A DNA stretch of 64,000 bases, taken from NCBI GenBank assembly GCA_951406725.2, contig OX597820.1, positions 8,990,001 to 9,054,000 of the forward strand, written 5' to 3'. This stretch comes from Octopus vulgaris. Taxonomy: Eukaryota. The notes beneath the pieces were generated by a model. That model searched no databases. It was not told the origin of the DNA and saw only the letters and a program-made list of their open reading frames with translations. The translations under genes were made by a program, and so were the position numbers. Below, piece by piece: positions 38,558 through 49,310 of this stretch; positions within the stretch are counted from its first letter, which is position 1, and the number at the start of each line of letters is the position of its first letter.

Positions 38558-39009
38558 GTAATGAATATCAATTAACCCTTTTTATACACAATATAAGAGA
38601 CAGGTGTGGCTGTTGTGTGATTGAGAAGTTTACCTTCCAATCAATGTTGTTGTGTTTTACCTTTGATAAATATCTTCCCTATAGCCTCAGACTGACCAAA
38701 TATACACACACACACACACACACACACATAAGCATCATCATCACTAGCATCTGTTAATGTCTGTTTTCCATGCTGGCATGGGTTGGACAGTTTCACACTC
38801 GCTGGCATGGATGGAGAGCTGCACCAGATTCCATAGTTTGTTTTGGCTTGGTTTCTTTGGTTGGGTGCTGTTCCTGATGCCAACCACTTTACAGAGTGTA
38901 CTGGGTGATTTTTAAGTGTTTTTTTATTATATATCGCCAGGTGGTGCTATTAAGTTAGACATGGCCTGGGACAATACTGGCCAAAACCTTTCTAAGTTAT
39001 GTATGATGG

Positions 39010-39320
39010 CTGTCCACACATGGCCGAGAAAGACCATCGCTGACCATTGAGAACAATTGTGCATCTGATAAAATTCCACTTTACACTTGTCGCTCTACAT
39101 GTGACTATTGAGTCTGGCTCTTGATGGACATACATGTCCGCAGATATTACAGATGAAACTTCCTCCAGTCACTAAACTAGTGTTGTGTTTTTTGAACTGC
39201 TCACTTAAGTTCAGCTATCCCAGAATGTGTCTTTCTTCAAAAGTACCCATTTCTTCCTTCACATCTATCATACTTTTGTGGTGATGACAAACACTGCTTT
39301 CTTAATCAACCTTCCATATC
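39010..39320 (-). mobile_element. Decayed RTE-like LINE C-terminus with a C2H2 finger
   Basis: Minus frame FICNICGHVCPSRARLNSHM. Confidence 0.6.
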
Positions 39321-39527
39321 TCATGTACCTTAAGGTTTTCTGTCAATCAAATCCAGTCACAAGGCTTTGGTCAGCCCAAGGCTGTATATAGAGAACACTT
39401 ACCCAAGATGTTTCACAGTGGGACTAAACCGAAAGCCATGTGGTTACGAAACAAACTTCTTACTATACAGCCACACCTGTCTGCCAGTTTCTCTCTCTCT
39501 CTCTTTTTCTCTGTATATATATGTGTA

Positions 39528-39562
<35 letters not shown>

Positions 39563-39569
39563 TTCAAAG

Positions 39570-39856
39570 GGCCAGCCTTGTCACACTCTGTGTCACGCTG
39601 AATCTCCCCAAGAACTACGTTAACGGTACACGCATCTGTGGAGTGCTCAGCCACTTGCACGTTAATAAATGAGCTGCAACATCACTGGTGCCAAAGCTGT
39701 ACCGGCCTTTGCCTTTCCCTTGGATAACATCGGTGGCATGGAGAGGGGAGGCCAGTATGCATGGGTGATTGCTGGTCTTCCCTAAACAACCTTGACTTGT
39801 GTCTCGGAGGGTAACTTTCTAGGTGCAATCCCATGGTCATTCATGACCAAAGTAGG

Positions 39857-39858
<2 letters not shown>
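39570..39858 (+). mobile_element. SINE family C-related 3' portion
   Basis: Matches 4655-4850. Confidence 0.75.
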
Positions 39859-39899
<41 letters not shown>

Positions 39900-39964
39900 T
39901 TTGTTGCTTATTGGTGAAAGATAAGACAGGTTGAATTTTGAATCTTTTTGTTTATTGCTTTCAG

Positions 39965-40063
39965 CCCCCATGCAGTATGTCTGACAACTTGACCCCTATA
40001 CTACACTGTTTGTGTGAAGCCAGTCGTAATAACAGATCAATCAGAAAATTCTGTCGTCTTAAG
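39965..40063 (+). CDS. RIC8: RIC8 exon 10 (PPCSMSDNLTPILHCLCEASRNNRSIRKFCRLK)
   Basis: gctttcag acceptor; AAG|GTAACA donor; phase 0-0. Confidence 0.93.
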
Positions 40064-41058
40064 GTAACAACTTTTTTTATGCTCTTCCTTAACTATTTTT
40101 TTTTTGTTTTTAGTTTAAGATTTTTATGCATATTAAAAGAAAGAAATTCATAATATTTAAAAAAAGACATTATACACTGTTATGTCGCACGTTCAGATGA
40201 CCTCTACTCAACTCGACTCTCTCTAGTCTGATGACATCTAGACTTCTCTCTCTATATCTACGTATTGGGCTAGTCTACTTCATCATCTGGGGGTGTCCAC
40301 ACAACATACACTTTTCATTACACTCATGTGTACACACATGCAACACACACACACACACATTATGTTTTCTTGGTCGCTCTCTCTCTTTCTCTCTCACTGG
40401 GTCACCATGTACCTCCTCTATAGCAAGACATCTATTTCTGCCTCCCTATTTCTCTGTCACATTCTAACCTTTCTTCATCTGACACTGGATCATCTCCTCC
40501 AAGGCCCCTTCCATTATAGCAAGACATCTGTTTCTTCCCCTGCCCCTTTCATAACTCCATGTCTTGCGAGTTACTTGGTTACCCTGCCAGTGCTGGTGCC
40601 ATATAAAATGCATCCAGTCCACACTGTAAAGTGGTTGGCATTTGGAAGGGCATCCAGCTGTAAGAATCATGCTACTCACCTGTGCTAGCGCCACATAAAA
40701 AGTACTGAGTCCGTTCTACAGAGTGGTTGGTGTTAGAAAGGGCATCCAGCTGTAAAAACCCTGACAAAACTGACAGAGTAGCATAAGGTAGATTTTCTAC
40801 CTTGTCAGCTCCTGTAAACCATCCTACCCAGGCATGCATGGAAGATGGACATTAAACGATGATGATGATGATTTTCCTCCATTTCTAATTACACTGGTAT
40901 CAGCCAAAATTTGAAATCAATATTTCTCATCTGCATCTTCTCAACAAATCTATTCCCATATGAATTAGTCTCCCAACAATTGATATTTTTTAAGAAAACC
41001 TTTCTCGCTTTTTAGATAAAACATGTATTTCATATGTTTTGTATTTCCCTTTGTTCAG

Positions 41059-41123
41059 GTTTTACCACCAATGCGTGATGAAGTTCGAAATCTTCCCGAA
41101 GAAGGAGACACATTAAGAAACAG
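41059..41123 (+). CDS. RIC8: RIC8 exon 11 (VLPPMRDEVRNLPEEGDTLRN)
   Basis: ttgttcag acceptor; AG|GTTTGT donor; phase 0-2; VLPPxRD..PExG..LRN motif. Confidence 0.95.
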
Positions 41124-41813
41124 GTTTGTAATTAATTCTTAATTACTGTTTCTTCATCCTTCTTAATAAGACCTTGTGCCAAGTCATTGTAGGATGAATG
41201 CTTTTTCAAATCCAAGCATTTTCAATAATCGTTTCACTATATATATATATATATATGTTATATTTCGGAATGGTCCTTTTGCCAGTTTAGCCCATAAAAA
41301 CACATGCACTATATATTTGGTGTTAATTTGCTTCAGCTTTATTTATTTTTTACATTAATCTTAATTTGGCCAGAGTTCTTTCATCACACTCCTGTGACCT
41401 CATCAGTGGTCCTTTGCTTTCTTCTTTCTTATTTGTGTCTCTCCTTACTAACCGTCAGCCATTTTGTATTCATATTGTATGTGTCTTCATTTGCGCATAC
41501 GTATACCTCTATGTGTGTCTATGTTTAGTTCGTGTGGCGGGGGGGGGGGGGGAAGTGCCTGTAATATTTGTATCTCCTGTTTATACACATTCGTGTAATT
41601 TGTTTTTGTTTATTTTTATTTTGTTCATGGCCAAAATAAGATTAAGATTAATGTAAAAAATAAATAAAGCTGAAGCAAATGAACACTAAATATATAGTGC
41701 GTGTGTTTTTATTGGTTAAACTGGCAAAATGACCATTCCTAAATACAACAACATCTCTTTCAACACACGATTTCACATCAAGAATCTTGCAAAACATATA
41801 TATAAACAGCTGA

Positions 41814-42143
41814 GATACCAGTGCCAGTGGCACATAAGAGAACCATCCAAATGTGGTTGTTGCCAGCGCCGCCCCAACTGGCCTCCGTGCCGGTGGCACG
41901 GAAAAAGCACCATCCGATTGTGGCCGTTGCCAGCCTCGTCTGGCACCTGTGTAGGTGGCACATAAAAAGCACCCACTACACTCTCGGAGTTGTTGGTGTT
42001 AGGAAGGGCATCCAGCAGTAGAAACTCACCCAGATCAGACTGGGCCTGGTGCAGCCTTCTGGCTTCCCAGACCCCAGTTGAACCGTCCAACCCATGCTAG
42101 CATGGAAAACGGACGTTAAACGATGATGATGATGATGATGATG
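41814..42143 (+). mobile_element. RTE LINE 3' end fragment
   Basis: 3' UTR repeats and (GAT)n tail. Confidence 0.85.
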
Positions 42144-42169
42144 TATATATATATATATACACACACACA

Positions 42170-42404
42170 CAGGGTTGGTCAAAAGTCACCTGACAGTAAA
42201 TCAAAACCATTTAATTCCAAGATTAAAACAAAAAATTATTTTATATGAGACTTTGCTAATAAAGAGACAAATGTTGAAAAAAAAAAAAACGGTGATTTTG
42301 ACTCTCAACATTCAATTATTAAGCATTCATAATTGTAATGAATAAATAAAATTGAATATTAAGTATTTATGGAATTTTGATTTACTGTCTTTTGGCCAAC
42401 CCTG
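42170..42404. mobile_element. Tc1/mariner-type MITE
   Basis: CAGGGTTGGTCAAAAG...CTTTTGGCCAACCCTG|TA; sibling at 51880-52103. Confidence 0.8.
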
Positions 42405-42640
42405 TATGAATATATATATCTAAACAGGGGGTCATATGTCCGAAAAAGAAGCACATTCTAAAGGACAGAACAGTTATGTATTTACATGCAGTTTAAAATA
42501 TATATCTGGTTGTAGAGTGACCAATGGCTTTGCATCCATAGTGTGCTTAGCTTTATAGACTTTAAATGGCAGGGGACATATAGAGTCAGACTCTAATGGC
42601 AGAGGGCATATTGAGTCAGACTCTAATGGCAGAGGACATA

Positions 42641-42703
42641 TAGAGTCTGATGAGTCAGCTATAAAGCTAAGCGCTTTATGGATGTGAAACCATTGGTCAC
42701 TCT
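42641..42703 (+). ncRNA. Candidate type-I (minimal, Penelope-type) hammerhead ribozyme in RIC8 intron 11
   Basis: AGAGT-CTGATGA-G(stem II)T-GAAA-CC ATT GG-TC-ACTCT; all catalytic core residues present; helix I AGAGT/ACTCT. Confidence 0.6.
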
Positions 42704-43589
42704 CTGACCGGATACATATTTAACTTCAGTATGTATATAGCATAAATGTATCAGGAGAGACAAGAGACAGACAGTTGGACAATGTGGGAGGTTCCAAAGT
42801 AGATAAAAATTCAAAAGGTGCTGGATAGAATGTGAGCAAAATAGATTAGCATAAAAAGTGGGCACAAAGAATTGTAAGCTGAAAAAGAAAACGATAAGGA
42901 AAAGAAGTAGACTGGTATTTCAGGTGAACCCTATGAAGCCATAGACAACGTAGAGTTATATAGAAATAAGCAAGAAAAAAAGGGAAAGAAACAAGAAAAG
43001 AAACAATACCTGTTTAATGCATTTATGTACCTTTCAGTTATATTCTGTAGAATGTACATTAGAACTGAATTAGACAAATGGCTTAAGTGGTGCCAAGAGT
43101 AAGTGGGGAAGTTGTGGCAGATGAAATGATGGTATGAGCAGGTAGGGGAGGGTGTGAGAGAGGGATGGAGTAGTGTGGAAGGTTGAGAAGAAAGGCAGTG
43201 TGGTAAGAGATGTGAGATGGTGGGTAGAAGTGAAATGTATGTGACTCTGGATTTGAAGATGACCATTTCCTTTATTTGTGAATCCTTTGACATTATACAT
43301 CCTCCAATCTTTGACATGCAGCCTCAGTCTTTGATGGAACTTGTAAATGTTTGGTTGGAAGGGGTCAGATGGAATTCTTCATGGATGCCACTTTTCTAAC
43401 TTCTCCAAATAGTGATGAGTTCATTTCTTCTCCTTATCTTCAATCCTCTTTCATCTGCAAACATTACCAAAGCAAGCACCAGGCAGTAATGCCTTTTGGT
43501 CTTGAAGGGTTGATCTTACTTTTCTTCAAAGCCTAGCCAAGCACTGACCATGGTGTTACTGGCCATAGACAATCCTACAGGGGGAGATG

Positions 43590-44281
43590 CCATAAGGTTA
43601 AAATTATTAACCATCTTGCAAACAATAACTCTGAGCACCTTTTCAAACTCCATCTGTCTAACACCCATGGACATGTCATGGAACAAACTGCCGGCATCAG
43701 TTGTAAGTTGTTGGAGCACTGCATCCTTCAAAACTTCCATGCTTTCTGAGATTCGCCAACACTACACCTGATTTTCTCCCCTCCATACACACGCAAGCAT
43801 GTACCTGACTCATACACTGTTCACTTTCCAGACATTTGTACATTACTGCATATACTTTATACGCACTTGTGACAAGTTGTGGTGCACCTGAGCACTGTAT
43901 ACAACAATTTCATTATTATTATTATTTAAAAACTCCACCCGTCTAACACCCATGGACATGTTTACAAAGTCAGAAAACAGCACAGCTCCCATGACTTTCG
44001 GAAACACTTTTTCACGCTAAGAGTTGCTGAAGCATGGAACAAACTGCCGGCATCAGTTGTTAGTTGTCGGAGCACTGCATCCTTCAAAGCTTCCATGCTT
44101 CCTGAGATTCGCCAACACTACCCCTGATTTTCTCCCCTCCATACACACGCAACCATGTATCTGACTCATACACTGTTCACTTCCCAGACATTTGTACATT
44201 ACTGCATATGCTTTATATGCACTTTTGACAAGTTGCGGTGCACCTGAGCACTGTATGCAATAATTTCAATTTCATTATTAT
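43590..44281 (+). mobile_element. Two tandem CR1-like LINE 3' ends with (ATT)n tails
   Basis: NTHGHVYKVRKQHSSHDFRKHFFTLRVAEAWNKLPASVVSCRSTASFK; first copy has an internal deletion. Confidence 0.85.
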
Positions 44282-44485
44282 TTATCAAGTCAAATATTGT
44301 ACACTGCTTATACTGACCATCTCACTTGATGCTTGTATAGCATGGATTCAATGCTCGCTGGTGCACCACCTTACACCTGCAACTTGTTTGTTTATTTTGG
44401 AGTAAAAAAATCTCTTAAACTTCCAGCCTTCAAATAATACTACTCTTATATGCTTAATACATTTTTTTTTTTTTCTTTCTTTCAG

Positions 44486-44568
44486 ATTGTGTCAGCTCTT
44501 GACCTCTCTAAGTCCCAGTATAAAACATTTGGTGCCTGATTTTCTGTTCACATTGTGTAAAGAAAATG
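44486..44568 (+). CDS. RIC8: RIC8 exon 12 (RLCQLLTSLSPSIKHLVPDFLFTLCKEN)
   Basis: Long poly-T tract + cag acceptor; G|GTATGT donor; phase 2-1; FLFxLCKE motif. Confidence 0.95.
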
Positions 44569-44610
44569 GTATGTTACTGCCAAAAGTGATTTATTTCTTC
44601 ATTTGTTTAA

Positions 44611-44829
44611 CCCTTTTGTTACCAAATTTCTCTTGAAATGTTCTGCCTTTGTTTCAATTAATGAAGAAAATAGCAAAGAATTTAGTAAAATAATTTTGTC
44701 ATTAAGTTGATGTCTGGAACATAAATTATCATAGAATTTTGATGGAGAGTTTTAAATGAGATCACTTCAAAACCTGAAGTTTATCTCATAAAACCAGAGG
44801 CACTTTCATGTGAATTGGTATCGAAAGGG
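44611..44829 (-). mobile_element. piggyBac-type MITE family 1, inverted and diverged
   Basis: TTAA|CCCTTTTG...CGAAAGGG|TTAA; interior is the reverse complement of 36319-36540. Confidence 0.8.
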
Positions 44830-45160
44830 TTAAATGTAATTGAATTTTATACATGATTATATTATAAACAAATATGAAGAACCTCTGACAATGGATACTT
44901 AAGGAAAAGACTGTTTAACAGCCCTGATATCTTGGCTGTGCAATTTCTCTTGAAATAGTCAGCCTGGAATTAAGTACTTATGAACTGGCTGATAGAATCC
45001 AGGAGTGATGTCAGTGTTAATATATCCTTGGTTGTAATCTTAGTTGCACCAGCAAAACTAACAAAGAACCTAGTTAGGTAGAGACTGAATAGCAACAACA
45101 TTGACTATCTTGTTAATTAGTTGTTAATTTGTGCTCCACTTCAGTGGTAGTGAAGGCACA

Positions 45161-45565
45161 TGACCTAGTGGCTACAGTGACCTAGTAGCTACGGTGACCT
45201 AGTGGCTATAGTAACCTAGTACCTATGGTGACCTAGTGGCTACGGTGATCTAGTAGCTATGGCCACAGTGACCTAGTGGCTACAGTGACCTAGTAGCTAT
45301 GGTGACCTAGTGGCTATGGTAACCTAGTGGCTACGGTGACCTAGTGACTATGGTGACCTAGTAGCTATGGTGACCGAGTGGCTACGGTGATCTAGTGGCT
45401 ACAGTGACCTAGTAGCTATGGTAACCTAGAACTATGGTGACCTAGTGGCCACAATGACCTAGTGGCTACGGTGACCTAGTAGCTACGGTGACCTAGTGGC
45501 TACAGTGACCTAGTGGCTACAGTGACCTAGTGGCTATGGTGACCTGGTGGCTACAGTGACCTAGT
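45161..45565 (+). repeat. 17-bp minisatellite (TGACCTAGTGGCTACRG) x about 24 inside a SINE-C head
   Basis: Seen directly; preceded by GGCACA and followed by the rest of the tRNA-like head at 45590-45665. Confidence 0.92.
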
Positions 45566-46356
45566 CACTAGGCACCTAACCTCGTGTCAATGGTGTTGCA
45601 CTCACAATCACAAGATTGTAGTTTTGGTTCCTCGAACAGGAGGTGTGGTGTGTTCTTGAGCCAAAACAGAGTGGTCAGGGTGTTTTTTACACAGCACCAG
45701 TATAAGTGCTTTATACATGGCACTGACATGGATTCTTTCTATGTTATTCAAGCATCATCACTATCTTTACAAATCCTGCTGCATTTCACATGGAATTTGT
45801 GGTCCTCCAAAGTCATCTTCGTGTATAAGTCAACCCAATTAATTTCAGTTGTAAATCTTGATCTGAAAAATTTGACTCGTTTGCCAGAAAATACAGTGTT
45901 AAATTCATCATCATCATCATCGTTTAACGTCCATTTTCCGTGCTAACATGGGTTGGACCATTCGACCAGGGTCTGGGAAGCCAGGAGGCTGCACCAGGCT
46001 CCAGTCTCTAGCCATTAGGTCACCATAGCCACAAGGTCATTGTAGCCACTAGGTCACCATAGCCAGATTGGTGTTAGGAAGGGCATCCAGCCATAAAAGC
46101 CAGAGCAAACAATCGGAGCCCGATGCAGCTCCCTCTGTCAAATCTCTCTCAAATCACCCAATCTGAGCAAGCAAGAAAAACAGACATTAAATGATGAAGA
46201 TGGTGTTTATGCTATGTATACTAGACTCGTATGCCAGAAAACATGTAAATTCAGAGAGTTTTGATTCTCAGTGTTATTCCAGAAGCAAATCATTTGCTGA
46301 CTTGTATTTTTATTATTTTTTTTTCCTTTGATTAAATCTGTTTCTCTCTCTTCCAG

Positions 46357-46507
46357 TTGATCGCATGATAAAGTATACAGGTTATGGGAACTGTGCTGGA
46401 CTTCTTGCTGAGCGTGGCCTCCTGATGGGTGGACGTGGGAAAATGGCCAGTTATTCAAGTGAATCTGAAGATTCTGAAACTGAAGAATATTCAGAGTTAA
46501 GACCAAT
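46357..46507 (+). CDS. RIC8: RIC8 exon 13 ([50 protein letters not shown])
   Basis: ctcttccag acceptor; AT|GTAAGT donor; phase 1-2; KYTGYGN signature and acidic CK2-site segment. Confidence 0.97.
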
Positions 46508-46620
46508 GTAAGTTTTTTTGTTTCTTTTTTTTAATTCTTCTCTTCGTATTTTTAAGTGTCTCAGACATATAAGACACATCCTACTTTATTCTGTCAGGTT
46601 GTGAGACCAATACTTCTTAA

Positions 46621-47094
46621 CCCTTTCGGTATCAGCCAGACTGAAACTGTCTCTGGCTCTGTTGTACAAATGTCTTGTTTTCATAAGTTCTGAAGTAAAA
46701 TCTTCCACCAAACCTTAGTCACAATTTATGTTCCTAACACCAGCTTAATGATAACTAAGTTATTTTACTAAATTCTTTGTTATATTTTAAATAAATTGAA
46801 AGAAACACAGAGCATCTCAACAGAAATATGGTAACAAAAGGGTTAAAATATTTAATAGAGAAACAATTCTTAACCTTTTTGTTACCAACCCAGCCTAAAC
46901 CGGCTCTGGCTCTATAGTACAAATGTCTTGTTTTCATAAGTTTTGAATTAAAATCTTCCACCAAATCTTAGTCACAATTTATGTTCCTAACACCAGCTTA
47001 ATGATAACTAAGTTATTTTACTAAATTCTTTGTTATATTTAAAGTAATTGCAAGAAACACAGAGCATCTCAACAGAAACATGGTAATAAAATGG
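46621..47094 (+). mobile_element. piggyBac-type MITE family 1, dimer
   Basis: Two units, 23-bp spacer, TTAA flanks. Confidence 0.87.
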
Positions 47095-47185
47095 TTAAGG
47101 CAGTAGGGACCAGGAAGTGGGAGTGAAATATTGAACCAGAACAGCTTGATTTTATACATTGATGAGAACTGTTTTCTTTGTCTAG

Positions 47186-47305
47186 GGTCAATCCAGTAAC
47201 TGGTCGTTGGGAGGAAGAGCGACCAAAAGCCATAGACAACATGAGTGAAGAACAGAAAGAGTACGAAGCTATGAAAGCAGTTGACTTAATTCACAAGTTG
47301 CACGA
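47186..47305 (+). CDS. RIC8: RIC8 exon 14 (MVNPVTGRWEEERPKAIDNMSEEQKEYEAMKAVDLIHKLH)
   Basis: tttgtctag acceptor; GA|GTAAGT donor; phase 2-2. Confidence 0.97.
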
Positions 47306-47499
47306 GTAAGTAAATAGTTTATGTGACCTAGTTTCACTTTTATGGAATTGTTGTCAAAATCCTGTTTCCCCCTCGAATGTCATCTGACTCAATTTCGTGG
47401 TGAATAAGCATGGATCATGTTATTGATTCTCTGTCGGTAAGGCAGTTCATCTTTTCATTGTCCAATGCTATACAAGCAGCTTTAAGTAGTAGGGTACAT

Positions 47500-48052
47500 A
47501 GAAGAAGTGACCAAAGGGCGATTCTGCCAGGCCGTCATTCGTACTATCCTCCTCTATGGTTGTGAAACATGGCCTATGAGGGTAGTCGATCAGCGAGGGT
47601 TGGAGGTGTTCAACGATGACTGTCTCTGCTGCATTCTTCGCTGCCGACGCATTGATCAGGTTCCCACAGCCGGTCTTCGTCATCACCTGAATCTCCGGCC
47701 CCTCCCTTCAGTGCTTCTACAACAGCGCTTAAGGTGGTTCGGTCATGTGGCCCGGTGTCCAGAGGGTGAGCTGATTCGCGATGACCTCCTCCCACCTCCA
47801 CTTCCCAACTGGCTCAAACGCAGGGGCCGGCAGTTGAAGACCTGGGCAACGATGATAGGGGAGCACCTCTCCAAACTCTCAGGTCCGCAGGTGGTCGGTC
47901 TGCACAGATGGAACCGCGAATGGCTCGCTGTCTCCAGTGACCTCACACAGGACCATCGAGAGTGGGCCACCATGGTTCGTGATGCCATTAGGAACAGAGA
48001 AGTCGGCTCAACCCGCCCTGGGTGAACGCCGTCACAAGTACAAGTAAGTAAG
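47500..48052 (+). mobile_element. RTE-clade LINE 3' fragment, second family, with (AAGT)n-like tail
   Basis: ORF 47507-48025: LLYGCETW, RLRWFGHVAR, RRGRQLKTW; tail CAAGTACAAGTAAGTAAGT. Confidence 0.88.
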
Positions 48053-48628
48053 TCAGCAGTTTCATTTTTTGTGAATAATCACAGCATACTCTCTGTAGCA
48101 AGACACAACTGCAACAACAAAAAGACCTGAGATGAGTTCACTAGGGAGCCTCTATGCAGTTATTCAACCTGCTAGAAATAGCAACCAAATTTTCTCCACC
48201 TTAAAAATAAGGACACATTGGACAATGTTGTCTTATGCAAATTAGTACCTCCAGTGCTCTTGAGCCACTAGGTTTTATATATGTATTGGTTAGTTGTTTC
48301 TTTGAGATTGGTCAAGAGATTCAGACACCTCTGATAAGAATCAAAAAAAGCTTGGAAATTAATTATGGTTGGTTTGTCATCATTGTCAGTGTAGTAAGAA
48401 ATAGCTAAGTGTGCCATGTTTGTATCTTACTACAAAGGTTAACATATTTGCAAAAAGTGTGGTAGGTCACAACTGGAACTCTTTGCTTACAAATTTGCTC
48501 AGTTGAGGATAATCAAGAGCTGCATCTGCTCCGGCAATCAGCAGTGACTTGGTCAGCAAATCTTCTGTGATGGTCAACAATCGACAGCAAGTTGAGCTGC
48601 CATGGACCACACTGTCCCAAAGTGTGTC

Positions 48629-48862
48629 TTATTTCTTTTACTGCCCACAAGGGGCTAAACACAGAGGGGACAAACAAGGACAGACAAACGGATTAAGTCA
48701 ATTATATCGACCCCAGTGTGTAACTGGTACTTAATTTATTGACCCCCGAAAGGATGAAAGGCAAAGTCGACCTCGGTGGAATTTGAACTCAAAACGTAGT
48801 GACAGACGAAATACTGCTAAGCATTTCGCCCGGTGTTCTAACGATTCTGCTAGCTCGCCGCC
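48629..48862 (-). mobile_element. SINE family B
   Basis: Reverse match to family B. Confidence 0.85.
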
Positions 48863-49310
48863 ATAAGTGTATCTGCATGTGATTGGGGACCACATGTGAA
48901 CTAGTATTCCCACTAAAACTCCAAGCAGGAACTCTACACCTCAACAATGAACGACAGCTATGGCTACAGCATCTGCACTGTCCATCGTGCTTGCTCTCCC
49001 TGTGGGACATTTGTCAAATGTGTAGGCTTGGTTTTTGGGACACTGGCAGAAGCATTACTGTGTCTGTTGCAGTGTTGGGGCTGACTGCTGGATGTGGTCA
49101 GCATTCATGAGGAACATGGTGAAGTCATTGGTCCTAACCAGTTCAACCTACCCTGGATGAATGCTGCTTCAAGTGCAAGTAAGCTGTAAATAGTTAGACA
49201 ACAACTGGGATAAATGATATTTTGGCTGTCCTAAAGGGTCATGAAAAATATTTCCTCTTTGCTGTGGGGGTGGTCTTATTCACTATGTTGAGATAACATT
49301 TGATGTTGAG

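Noticed and set aside
45161-45565. CRISPR-like array
   Set aside because: Contiguous 17-bp units with no unique spacers, no cas genes and a eukaryotic context; it is a minisatellite.
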